Assembly: GCA_009692015.1 (NCBI GenBank) | Contig: SIAB01000001.1 | Coordinates: 1 to 58,690 of the forward strand | Length of the DNA: 58,690 nt | DNA from: Phycisphaerales bacterium | GTDB lineage: Bacteria; Planctomycetota; Phycisphaerae; Phycisphaerales; SM1A02 | Reading direction: 5' to 3' | Shown here: positions 27,953-37,988 of the stretch, piece by piece | Position numbering within the stretch: position 1 is the stretch's first letter | Layout: each line of letters begins with the position of its first letter | Notes under the pieces: model-generated | The model's input: the letters and a program-made list of their open reading frames with translations, nothing else | What the model was told of the DNA's origin: nothing | The model's database searches: none | Translations under genes and position numbers: made by a program

Positions 27953-29416
27953 TCAAGCTGGTGCGCCGAGCGCCTTGCGCACCTCTTCCAAGAGCACGCC
28001 GGCCTGGAAGGGTTTGAAGAGAAAGTGGTGGAGTCCATCCTGTGTTGATCGGACGATCGAGTGATTGGGGTCGTATCCAAATCCAGTCATCATCAAGAAC
28101 GCACAGTGTGGCGTGCACTCCCGCGTTCCCCGAAAGACCTCGTATCCGTTTCGGTCGGGCATTCGCACATCCGAGATCACCAGATCGAACGGTCGCCCTT
28201 CATCGCGTGCGCGGCGGATGAGATCGAGCGCCGCGCTGCCATCGGCACGGTTCTCCACAATGGCGCCGGCCTCTTGGAGGAGTCCTTGGATCGTCTCGCG
28301 AACATTTGCGTCATCGTCTGCGACGAGAATGCGCTTTCCACTGATGAACTGATCGCGACTGCGATCGCGGGGGAGTCGGTCGATTCCCAGCACCGATTGC
28401 GGTCCCGCTGTGGCACCCTTGATCCGTGCGTCGAGCGTTTCCAGGGCGCTCTCGAGTTGCTCATACGCCCCGAGCTTTCCCCCGGCGAGGTCGCGGGTCG
28501 CGTCGCGAAGCCTTTGTTGGGGAACCGCGACCTCTTCGCGGAGCGTGGCCGAAACCCGCTCGCTCGTCGATGATCGCTCCACGATCAGCATGTCGAGAAT
28601 ATTGAGCGCCATCGCCTGATAGCGGCCGTATGTCTCAAGCGCCAGGCGATCTTCGTCTGTGAACGCATCGGCTTGAAGCGATTCGACATTCACAACACCG
28701 ATCACGCGGTCGCGCAGCAAGAGCGGAACCGTCAAACTCGAACGAGCCCCAACGAGCCCTGGAACACTGAGTGGATCGCTATCGCAATCCCGAGCGATGT
28801 AACTCTCGCCCGTCGAGGCCACCCAGCCGGAGATGCCGTTGCCCGTACTGCGCGCGTAAATGGATTCGCCGATCCGCAGTGGTTCGATGCCGTGTCCGAT
28901 GACCAGTTCGAGTTGCTCCGTCTTTCGGTTGCGAAGTCGCACCTCAAAGGGTTGATCGTTGAAAAGCGTGCGCATGGTGCTGGCGATCTTGCCCTCGAGG
29001 AGCGCTAATCGCTCGGCAACATTCAGGGGATTCACGATCTGGGCATCGAGGTCGAGCAGGTCTGCGCCAGCGAGATCGACAGCTTCGAGCCGATCGCTCA
29101 ACCGTGTTCCGGTGGTGACATCGAGCAGAATTCCAGTCGCACGGTGATCAATCGTCGGCGAGATCAAGAGCTCGAAGAAACGGTTTCCAGAGCCGAATCG
29201 CTTGCGGATATGCAAGGTCGGCGAAGTTGTAAAATCTTTGATTGCATCGGCGCACAATTCGGTGAACATCCGCAATGTCTCGGGAGAATGCTCCGCAAGT
29301 CGCGAACTCATCCAGAGCACCTCTCCAGATGCGTCCACCACACCCACGCCAGAACCGACATTATCAAAGAACTCGGTGAACTCTTGACGGGGATGGTTGG
29401 GCGCTGGCTCAGCCAT
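27953..29416 (-). CDS. PAS-like/GAF sensor protein with a C-terminal response-regulator receiver domain and no output or kinase domain
   Basis: GAF-like core (GISGWVASTGESYIARD...SLTVPLLLRDRVIGVVNVES). The receiver domain is intact: ILVADDD, DLVISDVRMPDRNGYE, LMMTGFG, FLFKPF. Confidence 0.8.
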   Translation of the reverse strand: MAEPAPNHPRQEFTEFFDNVGSGVGVVDASGEVLWMSSRLAEHSPETLRMFTELCADAIKDFTTSPTLHIRKRFGSGNRFFELLISPTIDHRATGILLDVTTGTRLSDRLEAVDLAGADLLDLDAQIVNPLNVAERLALLEGKIASTMRTLFNDQPFEVRLRNRKTEQLELVIGHGIEPLRIGESIYARSTGNGISGWVASTGESYIARDCDSDPLSVPGLVGARSSLTVPLLLRDRVIGVVNVESLQADAFTDEDRLALETYGRYQAMALNILDMLIVERSSTSERVSATLREEVAVPQQRLRDATRDLAGGKLGAYEQLESALETLDARIKGATAGPQSVLGIDRLPRDRSRDQFISGKRILVADDDANVRETIQGLLQEAGAIVENRADGSAALDLIRRARDEGRPFDLVISDVRMPDRNGYEVFRGTRECTPHCAFLMMTGFGYDPNHSIVRSTQDGLHHFLFKPFQAGVLLEEVRKALGAPA

Positions 29417-29460
29417 GGGTCGATGGAGTGTACGGTTCGTCTACACTCGAAACGCTTCCC

Positions 29461-30408
29461 ATGATCGTCGTTGACCGCGTTCACAAGTCATTCGGTGCCT
29501 TTCATGCCGTAACTGATCTTTCGTTTCAAGTTCCTGCAGGATCGGTCTGCGGCTTCCTCGGTCCAAACGGTGCGGGCAAAACCACGACCATTCGTATGCT
29601 TGCGGGGGCGATCCGCCCGACGGCGGGGCGACTCCTTCTCTCGGGATTGGATGTGACCAAAGATGACCGCGCCGCACGACGGTGGCTTGGGTATCTGCCA
29701 GAGACGAATCCCTTGCCGGCTGAGCTGACCGTGGGTGAGTACCTCAAGTTTCGATGTGATTTGTGGGGCATTGAACGGGCGGCGCGGCGTGGCGCGATCG
29801 AGTGCGCGCTGGAGCGTTGCGATCTCAACGCGGTGCGAAACAAGCTTCTCGGTGCGCTCAGCCGTGGATTTCGGCAACGAGCGGGATTGGCCGCTGCGCT
29901 GGTTTCTGCGCCGAGCGTGATCATTCTGGATGAGCCTGGGGCTGGTCTCGATCCCGCCGCAGCGATGTCGTTTCGGGAATTGGTTCGCACGCTTCGGGGC
30001 GATCACACGGTTCTCTTCTCGAGTCACAACCTCGCCGAGGTCGAGGCGACCTGTGATCACCTGGTGCTCATTGGGGGCGGCCGGTTGATCGCCAGCGGCA
30101 GCGCCACCGATCTGCGGCGCATCGGTGCTGTGGGGGTGCGTATCGAGATCGAAGCGACTGGGTGCGATCTCAATGCCCTGCGCGCAATCGTCGGTGTGAT
30201 TGCGGTGCGCACTCGATCGCTTGAAGCCGGATGGAGCCGAATCGATGTTGAGGTGGACGGCGAGTCGGCGAGCGCCCTCACCGCGACCATCGGGGAATCG
30301 CTCAGCGCAGCGCGAGCCAGCGTCCGCCGATTCGAGCGGGTGAATCCCTCACTCGAGGAGATATTTCAACGCCTCGTTCCTGTTGCCGGCGCCGAGGATC
30401 CCGCGTGA
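29461..30408 (+). CDS. ABC transporter ATP-binding protein (ABC-2/GldA-like)
   Basis: Walker A GPNGAGKTT, signature LSRGFRQR, Walker B IILDEP. An alternative upstream start exists at 29428. Confidence 0.9.
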   Translation: MIVVDRVHKSFGAFHAVTDLSFQVPAGSVCGFLGPNGAGKTTTIRMLAGAIRPTAGRLLLSGLDVTKDDRAARRWLGYLPETNPLPAELTVGEYLKFRCDLWGIERAARRGAIECALERCDLNAVRNKLLGALSRGFRQRAGLAAALVSAPSVIILDEPGAGLDPAAAMSFRELVRTLRGDHTVLFSSHNLAEVEATCDHLVLIGGGRLIASGSATDLRRIGAVGVRIEIEATGCDLNALRAIVGVIAVRTRSLEAGWSRIDVEVDGESASALTATIGESLSAARASVRRFERVNPSLEEIFQRLVPVAGAEDPA

Positions 30409-33167
30409 TGCGCGATCTCCTCACACTCGCGCGGCGCGAATGTGCCGCGCTCTTTTTCACCCCCACCGCGTGGGGGGCGCTGGCGATCTTCACCTTCTTG
30501 ACGGGAGTCATTACTGGGATCGCAGTCCTCGTTCCTGGATCGCCCGCAGAATTGCGCACCGTCGCGGCGGCGGCGGGGTGGGCCATGCTCCTGACCGCGC
30601 CGGCACTTTCGCTGCGCCCGACCACCGAAGACCGGCGCACCGGATTCTGGGAGGTCCTCGCGACCAGCCCCGCAAGCGTGGCGGCAATCATCGGCGGTCG
30701 ATACCTGGCAGGAATGTGCGTGCTCGCGCTCTTGTGCGCAGTCGGACTTGGCGGTCCTTTTGCGGTGCTCGAGTCCGTCGCGCGACCCGATGTAGCCGAA
30801 GCGCTTTGCGCCACGATTGGCGTGCTCTTGGTGGGATCAGCCTATCTCGCGAGTGGACTCTTCTTTGGATCCATCACGACCAGCGCGGCGGTCGCCTATC
30901 TCACGACATTCTTTTCGTGGCTGGTCTTGCTGATTGCGATTCGTTCGCTCGCGCCGGTTCTGCCGAGTGCCGAGGCCGATCTGCTCTTTGCCGCCGATCC
31001 TGTTCGCAGGCTCGAGGGTTTTCTCAACGGTGCACTCGACTCCTCAAACATTCTCTACTTCCTCGCTGTCACGGGAGCATTTCTCTTTGCCGCGGGAGCG
31101 ATCCAATCGACCGAAGCAGAGCGGGGGAGCCATCGAAGTGCGCTGGGCACACGCCTTCGCCTCGCCCTGGGAATCGTTGGCGCATTCGCACTGGCAATTG
31201 GGTTGGCAGTGGTCTTTCACGCGCCACCCGTTCGCGTTTCAATCGACGCCACCAAGAGTCGGGGATGGGTTGTCAACGAACGGACTGCCCGGATGGTCGC
31301 GCAATTGCCACCCGGATGGCGGGCCACCTGGATCGCGCCGACTGGTGGACTCGACAGCGCCGTAACCGCGCAGTTGAGCGAGGTTCTCGATTCGTTCGCG
31401 GCGGTCGGCGGTGTATCACCGATTGCACACCAGCGGATGGATCCCTCAACCCCAGAAGGTGCCGCGGAGTATTCGCAGTGGGTCGGTGATCTGGTGGCGC
31501 GCCGACGGGGTTCAACCACCGACATGTTGAGTGCGGTCGCCAAGGGGATCGAAGAATTCGCATCACTCGCAACCGAGGGCGCGGGAGAAGTGCCGAAGAT
31601 CTCTGCGGTCCTCGCAGATCTTCCCGTCGACGCGGCGGATCGCCAGCCGATCGAGCAGATCGCCAGTGCGTTTTCGGCCCTTGCGAGCGGCGCCCCGGTC
31701 TTCCTGCAAACCCTGCGGACCATGCAGTCCCAGCGGCCCGATCGCGCGCTGCCGGACTCTTGCGAAGTCGCCGATGTTCTGGCGAGTAACAACCGAGACT
31801 GGGCGATGCAGCTCGGTCAACTGGCGAGTTGGCTGGCGAGCCGCGAGGTCGATGCCCGAGCACCAGATCCCGTTCGTCGACTCGCACTTCGAATGCGTCC
31901 GGTGCTCGAGACCCACGCGCGGGCACTGCTGCGAACGGTCGACACCCTCGATGCACTGGCGCGCGATCAGCTCACGGAAGTATCGATTGGACTTGCGCGC
32001 GGCGGTGGAGTCGTGATCGAGTCCCCCAGCGGTGTCGCATTTCTGACGGATGATGCGCTGCGGGTCAACGCAGCCGATCAAGGAGCCACCGTGCGATTTG
32101 ACCGGCGCTTTCGCATGGAACAACTGATTGACGGGGCGATTCGCAGCATTCTGGATGACCAGAACCCGCAGCTGATTGTGGTGCACGCCGAGGACCGGTC
32201 GATGTTGACTCCGGCATCCGATGGGTTCGACGCCTGCGCAATCGCCGATGCCGCGCGAGCGGCGCGAATCGTCGTTCGCGAGTGGCGGGTGACCGCGGAG
32301 CCCCGACCCATTGCAGGCGACCTTTGTGCGTGGATGGTGATCACGCCGCGAACAGTCGCAGTCGATCGGAGTGCGTCCGAACGGGCATTGCTCGAGGCTG
32401 TCACTGGCCTCGTTACGGAAGGGGCGCCGATCTTCCTCTCGATTGGTCCGAGCTTGCGGCCGCTCGCGGGTCGATCCGATCCCTGGAGCGAGATTGCTGC
32501 AGCACTCGGGGCACGCGCACTCTCCGACGCGGTCATCGTCGATGACATTCCCGTTTCGGAGGGAGAGACCGAGCGGCGCACAAAGCTCGACATCGCGGTC
32601 ATTCGTTCGAGCAACCCGCTCGCCGTCGCGCTCGAGGGCCAGCACCTCGGCTTTTCGGTGGCCATTCCGGTTGCGAAAATTGCGGGCGATTCGCAGCAAA
32701 CAACTTCTTTCGACTTGCTTGCCGCGGGGGTGGAACCGAGCCGGTCTGTGGAACGTGATTGGCGCCGTCGAACACCGGATCCCAGGTCGACCAAGTTGCT
32801 GACAGAACCGATTTCGGTGGCAGCAGCGATCACGCGAAGCACGCCAGGCGCGCGTGCCGTTCGTGCCATTGTGGTCGGATCGCCCTCGTGGATGGCAAGT
32901 TCTGTGGTTGATTCGGCTCGCTCGCTTGGCGGGGGGCGCGACGCGCTTCTCAATCCAGGCAATCGCGAGTTCGCCGTGAATGGAACGCTCTGGCTTGCCG
33001 GGCTCGATGCGAGACTTGGAAATGGCGGGAGTGGTCGCGAGGCTCCACGCATCAGTCCACTCTCGCTCGGTGCGCGATTGCAGTACACGGCTGGGTTGGC
33101 GGTGGGGCTGCCGATGCTCTCGCTCCTTGTTGGATTCCTTCTCGTCCGTTGGAGGTCGCGATCATGA
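30405..33167 (+). CDS. Fused ABC-2 permease (GldF-like) and GldG-like auxiliary-component protein
   Basis: 920 aa. The N-terminal ~230 aa form a six-helix ABC-2-type permease. A large extracytoplasmic region follows, and the protein ends in a C-terminal TM anchor (GLPMLSLLVGFLLV), which is the GldG-type architecture. GTG at 30405 or ATG at 30408; both overlap the ATPase stop. Confidence 0.75.
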   Translation: MMRDLLTLARRECAALFFTPTAWGALAIFTFLTGVITGIAVLVPGSPAELRTVAAAAGWAMLLTAPALSLRPTTEDRRTGFWEVLATSPASVAAIIGGRYLAGMCVLALLCAVGLGGPFAVLESVARPDVAEALCATIGVLLVGSAYLASGLFFGSITTSAAVAYLTTFFSWLVLLIAIRSLAPVLPSAEADLLFAADPVRRLEGFLNGALDSSNILYFLAVTGAFLFAAGAIQSTEAERGSHRSALGTRLRLALGIVGAFALAIGLAVVFHAPPVRVSIDATKSRGWVVNERTARMVAQLPPGWRATWIAPTGGLDSAVTAQLSEVLDSFAAVGGVSPIAHQRMDPSTPEGAAEYSQWVGDLVARRRGSTTDMLSAVAKGIEEFASLATEGAGEVPKISAVLADLPVDAADRQPIEQIASAFSALASGAPVFLQTLRTMQSQRPDRALPDSCEVADVLASNNRDWAMQLGQLASWLASREVDARAPDPVRRLALRMRPVLETHARALLRTVDTLDALARDQLTEVSIGLARGGGVVIESPSGVAFLTDDALRVNAADQGATVRFDRRFRMEQLIDGAIRSILDDQNPQLIVVHAEDRSMLTPASDGFDACAIADAARAARIVVREWRVTAEPRPIAGDLCAWMVITPRTVAVDRSASERALLEAVTGLVTEGAPIFLSIGPSLRPLAGRSDPWSEIAAALGARALSDAVIVDDIPVSEGETERRTKLDIAVIRSSNPLAVALEGQHLGFSVAIPVAKIAGDSQQTTSFDLLAAGVEPSRSVERDWRRRTPDPRSTKLLTEPISVAAAITRSTPGARAVRAIVVGSPSWMASSVVDSARSLGGGRDALLNPGNREFAVNGTLWLAGLDARLGNGGSGREAPRISPLSLGARLQYTAGLAVGLPMLSLLVGFLLVRWRSRS

Positions 33168-34600
33168 CAGCGCGCAACCTCATGATCCTCTGGGTCCTCG
33201 CAGCGATGGTGTGGTTCTCTGGATGGGCACTCTGGAATTCGCATAGCGGCCAACAATCCGAATCAAGCGATGCGGGATTCGCGCTCTCCTTCCCGCGCGG
33301 ATCGGTGCCCTGGTCCGAAGTCGATCGGGTCGAAGTCTCTCGCGGCGCGGGCAGTGGATTCGCATTCGAGCGGCGCGATGGTCGCTGGTTTCAGCGTGCG
33401 CCATTTGAGTTTCCTGTCGAGAGCACATCCATAGCAGCGCTGCTGGAGTGCGCCAGCGCCCTCACTTCGCGTGAAGTGCCGGTATCCGATTCCGAGCGCA
33501 CGGCGCTGCTGGACTCCGTGGGACTGCGCGACGACGCACCTTTCGTCAAGTTCTCATGGCAGGATGGTGCGGTCCAAATTGGATTGGGCGCCCGATTGCC
33601 CGCTGGATTTGCCTGGGTCGAGACAGAGGGCCAGCCCGGTATCGCTCGGTCGACACTCCACGATGCCGCGCTCCTCAGTGATATTCGTCAGTGGCGACAC
33701 ACGCTGCTTTTCTCGCGGGCGGATGTCGACTGCCAGCGATTGATTTGCGAGAGTGCGGCACGCGATGGCACGCGCCAGCGGCTTGAGGTTGTTCGCAGCG
33801 GATCATCCTGGAGTGTCATATCGCCATTCAAGACCCGCGCGGATCGCACGGCGATCGAACGCTGGCTCGAGGCGCTCGCCCGCGCGCAGGCAAGTGGTTT
33901 CGTGGTCGATCAACCGTTGGACCTCCTTCCATTTGGATTGCACGCGCCGAGTGCTGTCGTTGAGATTCACGCCACCACGCGCAAGTCGGGTACCGACGGG
34001 CGGGTGATCGTCGAGCCCAGCGTCGAGCGATTGGAAATCGGCGCGCCGATTCGGCCGCAGGCGGCGGAGCGGTTCGCGCGCCTGGCCAATCACCCAGAGA
34101 CGATCATCGAAATCGATGGGACCGCTGTCGCCGCGGCGGTCCCGCAGTCTTTGCTCATGGTCGATCCGACCGCGACGGGATTGCGTCCCGAGGATGTTGG
34201 GGCGATTCGCATTGAACCCACGGGCGGAGAGTCGGTGCGAATGGAGCGAAGCGGCGGCGCGTGGAATATCACCGATGCGTCGGGGTCGCACCCCGCACAG
34301 GGCGCTGCCGTCGAGGGTCTCCTTTCAAAGCTCTGTGCCGTTCGCGCCACGGACATAATGCTCACGGCAGTGCCCGGGGATCTTGTGATCGGACGCATCG
34401 CCCTCGAGTCATTCGACGAACGCGAGATCGCGACGCTGACGATCTCGCGTGAGGGAAACGAGGGTCGCTTCGGGATCGACGACGGATCGGGCGTTCTACG
34501 TGTCTTCCCGGCGAGTCTTTCGCTCCAGCTCGACCGGGCCGCATACGCGAGTGATCCCTCAGCGTCTGGTGCGGCGCCGCCCAATTCAGTTCAACGCTGA
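33164..34600 (+). CDS. DUF4340-like protein (N-terminal anchor, repeated beta-rich modules)
   Basis: The ATG at 33164 overlaps the upstream stop (ATGA). N-terminal TM MILWVLAAMVWFSGW. Its position after a GldG-like gene is typical for DUF4340. Confidence 0.65.
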   Translation: MTARNLMILWVLAAMVWFSGWALWNSHSGQQSESSDAGFALSFPRGSVPWSEVDRVEVSRGAGSGFAFERRDGRWFQRAPFEFPVESTSIAALLECASALTSREVPVSDSERTALLDSVGLRDDAPFVKFSWQDGAVQIGLGARLPAGFAWVETEGQPGIARSTLHDAALLSDIRQWRHTLLFSRADVDCQRLICESAARDGTRQRLEVVRSGSSWSVISPFKTRADRTAIERWLEALARAQASGFVVDQPLDLLPFGLHAPSAVVEIHATTRKSGTDGRVIVEPSVERLEIGAPIRPQAAERFARLANHPETIIEIDGTAVAAAVPQSLLMVDPTATGLRPEDVGAIRIEPTGGESVRMERSGGAWNITDASGSHPAQGAAVEGLLSKLCAVRATDIMLTAVPGDLVIGRIALESFDEREIATLTISREGNEGRFGIDDGSGVLRVFPASLSLQLDRAAYASDPSASGAAPPNSVQR

Positions 34601-35742
34601 ACCGCGCGCCGCCAGTGGGTCATCGCATCCACCCCCCGCCGACGAATGTCGAGAAGTTCGAAACGCAGTGCATCGATCATCAAGGGTCGACCATGACCAG
34701 TTGCGATGGGCGCGCCGGATCCATCTGCCAGCGCCAGAGGGGCCGTAAAACACCAGGCGTCATCCACGAGATCCTCATCCAAGAGCGCGCCGATCAGACC
34801 CGCGCCGCCCTCGACCAGCAGCGTCGAAACACCCGCGGCGTACAAGCCATGCAAGAGCGCCGGCATGGTTCCCGCCTGCAATCCGCGAAAGGATCGGGGC
34901 GCGCAATCGGGGGGCACGGACTGGAGCGCAAGCAATTCCACACCCGCGTGCGTGAACTCGCTTCGGCGACCTTGCGCCAGCGCATCGATCGCCCGCCCAT
35001 GCGCTGCGATCGCCACCGGTCCCTTCGATGCCGTACGAATCACTTGGGCGTCGAGGGGAATCACCAGTCCAGGATCGACGATGATGCGACGGGGAATGCG
35101 CCGCGGAGTGCTGATCCGTGGCAAAAGATTTGGATCATCGGCAAGCACCGTTCCGATTCCAACCATCACGGCGTCCACGCGGCTGCGCTCGCGGTGGACC
35201 ATCGCTCGACTCGCGGGGCAACTGATCCAGCGACTGTCACCCGAGCGGGTTGCCGTTCGGCCATCGAGTGTCTGGGCCCACTTAGCAACGACCCAGGGTG
35301 AGTGGAATCGCATACGCCGCACAAACGGCGCCGAAACACGATCGCAACCTACATGGTCCACTTGGTCAACCGCGACGCCGGCGGCACGCAATCGCGCGGC
35401 GCCGCCTGCGGCGGCCGAGTGCGGGTCGGTCACTCCATACACGACGCGTCGGACACCGCTGGCGATGAGCGCGTCGCAGCAGGGAGGCGTTCGGCCATGA
35501 TGGGCGCAGGGTTCGAGTGTTACAAACGCGGTCGATCCGCGCGCCGCGCTCCCAGCGCGAGCCAGCGCGGCGGCCTCGGCATGGGCGTGACCGCAGCGGG
35601 CGTGGTATCCCCATCCAACTTGTGATCCATCTGGTGCAATGATCACACAACCAACCATCGGGTTGGGCTCTGCCCCGCCATGACCGCGAAGCGCGAGTCT
35701 CGCCGCAACACCCAGCCAATGCGAATCGGCCGATGTGCTCAC
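34591..35742 (-). CDS. ribD: Bifunctional riboflavin biosynthesis protein RibD (deaminase/reductase)
   Basis: Zinc deaminase motifs HAEAAAL and TLEPCAHHGRTPPCCDAL, followed by a C-terminal reductase domain. GTG start at 35742. Confidence 0.93.
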   Translation of the reverse strand: MSTSADSHWLGVAARLALRGHGGAEPNPMVGCVIIAPDGSQVGWGYHARCGHAHAEAAALARAGSAARGSTAFVTLEPCAHHGRTPPCCDALIASGVRRVVYGVTDPHSAAAGGAARLRAAGVAVDQVDHVGCDRVSAPFVRRMRFHSPWVVAKWAQTLDGRTATRSGDSRWISCPASRAMVHRERSRVDAVMVGIGTVLADDPNLLPRISTPRRIPRRIIVDPGLVIPLDAQVIRTASKGPVAIAAHGRAIDALAQGRRSEFTHAGVELLALQSVPPDCAPRSFRGLQAGTMPALLHGLYAAGVSTLLVEGGAGLIGALLDEDLVDDAWCFTAPLALADGSGAPIATGHGRPLMIDALRFELLDIRRRGVDAMTHWRRAVQR

Positions 35743-35764
35743 GGGAACTCGCGGGTATTCGCAC

Positions 35765-37879
35765 TCACTGCTTGGCGAGAACTTCGTCCTTCAACCGTTC
35801 CGGCATGATGCGGTAGGTCAGTGGCTCCATCGAACTCGATGCCCGACCCTGACTCATCGAGCGCAAACTCGTGGTGTAACCGAAGAGTTCTGAGAGCGGA
35901 ACCTCGGCGGTCACGAGTCGCACGACGCCACGCACTTCGCTGTCGGTGATCTGTCCGCGGCGGCTAGCAATGTCACCCGAGACGCTGCCGAAGAATTCGT
36001 CAGGCGTCGTGACGACCAGTTTCATGATCGGCTCGAGCAATGCCAGACCCGCTTCGGTGCAGGCTTCGCGGAAGGCCAGCGCGCCCGCTTGCTCGAAGGC
36101 GATCTGGCTCGAATCGACATCGTGATATGAACCGTACACCAATTCGACCTTGACATTGATGACCGGATAGCCGCCCAAGATTCCGCTCGCAGCTGCTTGC
36201 CGCGCGCCGTACTCGATGCTGGGGATGAACTCGCGTGGGATGACGCCTCCCGAGACCTTGTCTTCGAAGACCACGCCATTCTTCATCACCAGTTCTTCGG
36301 CAATCGCTTCGTCCTTGGTCATCGGACGGACATTGACAACGGCATCGCCGTACTGTCCGCGACCACCAGACTGCTTCTTGAAGAGTCCTCGTACGCGCTC
36401 AGCCGATCCCGTGATCGTCTCGCGGTATGCAACGCGAGGCTTGCCAACGCTGACGCCGATCTTCATATCGCGCACCAGCTTGTTCTTGATGATTTCCAAG
36501 TGCAGCTCACCCATGCCCGAGATGATTGTCTCGCCCGTCTCTTCGTTGTAGTTCGAGCGGAAGGAGGGATCCTCGCGGCGAATCGTGGTGAGCGCTTCAC
36601 CCAACTTCTTCTTGTCATCCGCCGTGTTGGGTTCGATCGACATCGAGATAACCGGTTCTGGGAAGGTCATTCTTTCCAGAACGATGGGATGGTCGAGATC
36701 GCAGAGGGTGTCGCCGGTGAACGAGTCCTTGAGTCCAACCACCGCAACGATTTGACCAGCGCCAGTCTCGTCGAGGGCATTGCGATGCTGCGAGTGCATC
36801 TCGTAGAGTCGCGAGACATTCTCCTTGCGGTCGTTGCCGGGATTGAGCACCCGTGATCCCTTGGCGAGCTTGCCCGAGTAGACGCGCAGATAGGTCAGCG
36901 TTCCGGCAACATCGGATACGACCTTGAAAACCAGGGCAGAAAATGGCGCGTTTTCGGTGTGTGGGCGACTCAGCTTGATGCTTGGATCGCGCGCGTCGAC
37001 CCCTTCGACATCGGGTCGCTCCGTGGGGCAGGGCAGGTAATCGATGACCGCACCAAGCACCGTCTGGACGCCGACATACTTCAACGCTGAACCGCAGAGA
37101 ACTGGGAAAGCGCGCAGATCGATGGTTGCCTGGCGCAGCACTGCCTTCATCTCTGGAACCGTGAGCGAGTTTGGATCGGTGAGATACTTCTCGGTGAGCG
37201 CGTCGTCGAGTTCGGCGATCTTCTCAACCATCTTGTGACGCCACTCGAGCGCCTTGTCCGCCCACTCTTCGGGGATGTCAGTCTCTTTGATCTCCTGACC
37301 ATCATCCTCGGCCGACCAGTACATGGCGCGCATGGTCATCAGATCGACGATCCCCTTGAATTCGTTGCCCCAGCCGAGTGGAAACTGAATCGGAATCCCG
37401 TTCGCGCCTAGGCGAGTGAGAATCGATCCGAATGAGTATTCGAAATCTGCGCCGAGCTTGTCCATCTTGTTGATGAGACACAAGCGGGGGACGCCATAAC
37501 GGTCGGCCTGACGCCACACCGTTTCGCTCTGGGCCTCGACACCTTCCTTGCCGTCAAACACGGCAACAGCTCCGTCGAGGACGCGCAGCGAACGCTCCAC
37601 TTCGATGGTGAAGTCGACATGGCCCGGCGTATCGATCAGGTTGATCTTGTATTCGATGCCCAGGTGATCCCAGGGACAGGTCGTTGCAGCCGACTGAATG
37701 GTGATCCCGCGCTCTTGCTCTTCGACCAATGAGTCCATCGTGGCAGTGCCCTCGTGCACCTCACCCATACGATGAATCTTGCCTGTGTAAAAAAGAATTC
37801 GCTCGGTGACCGTGGTCTTACCGGCGTCGATGTGAGCGCAGATGCCGATGTTGCGAACGTGCTTGAGATTGATAGCCAT
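35765..37879 (-). CDS. fusA: Elongation factor G
   Basis: 704 aa. [22 protein letters not shown]. Domains II-V are recognisable. Confidence 0.96.
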   Translation of the reverse strand: MAINLKHVRNIGICAHIDAGKTTVTERILFYTGKIHRMGEVHEGTATMDSLVEEQERGITIQSAATTCPWDHLGIEYKINLIDTPGHVDFTIEVERSLRVLDGAVAVFDGKEGVEAQSETVWRQADRYGVPRLCLINKMDKLGADFEYSFGSILTRLGANGIPIQFPLGWGNEFKGIVDLMTMRAMYWSAEDDGQEIKETDIPEEWADKALEWRHKMVEKIAELDDALTEKYLTDPNSLTVPEMKAVLRQATIDLRAFPVLCGSALKYVGVQTVLGAVIDYLPCPTERPDVEGVDARDPSIKLSRPHTENAPFSALVFKVVSDVAGTLTYLRVYSGKLAKGSRVLNPGNDRKENVSRLYEMHSQHRNALDETGAGQIVAVVGLKDSFTGDTLCDLDHPIVLERMTFPEPVISMSIEPNTADDKKKLGEALTTIRREDPSFRSNYNEETGETIISGMGELHLEIIKNKLVRDMKIGVSVGKPRVAYRETITGSAERVRGLFKKQSGGRGQYGDAVVNVRPMTKDEAIAEELVMKNGVVFEDKVSGGVIPREFIPSIEYGARQAAASGILGGYPVINVKVELVYGSYHDVDSSQIAFEQAGALAFREACTEAGLALLEPIMKLVVTTPDEFFGSVSGDIASRRGQITDSEVRGVVRLVTAEVPLSELFGYTTSLRSMSQGRASSSMEPLTYRIMPERLKDEVLAKQ

Positions 37880-37912
37880 TGTGTCGTGAACTCCAGTAGT
37901 AAAGAGTCCCGA

Positions 37913-37940
37913 AGTCTAGCAAGGGACGGGATATGGTCAA
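37913..37940 (-). promoter_or_regulatory. Possible promoter for fusA (TTGACC, 16 nt spacer, TAGACT on the minus strand)
   Basis: -35 at 37940-37935 and -10 at 37918-37913, read on the minus strand. GGAG lies 11 nt before the ATG. This is a by-eye match only. Confidence 0.3.
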
Positions 37941-37988
37941 TACGCCAGTGTCTCGAATTCCCTGCCGATCCTTCGAGGAATCGTCCCT

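Noticed and set aside
35743-35764. I looked for an FMN riboswitch upstream of ribD, and for other riboswitches upstream of queG, putA and fbaB.
   Set aside because: The upstream spacers are only 1-80 nt, too short for the known aptamers, and no conserved riboswitch cores were seen.
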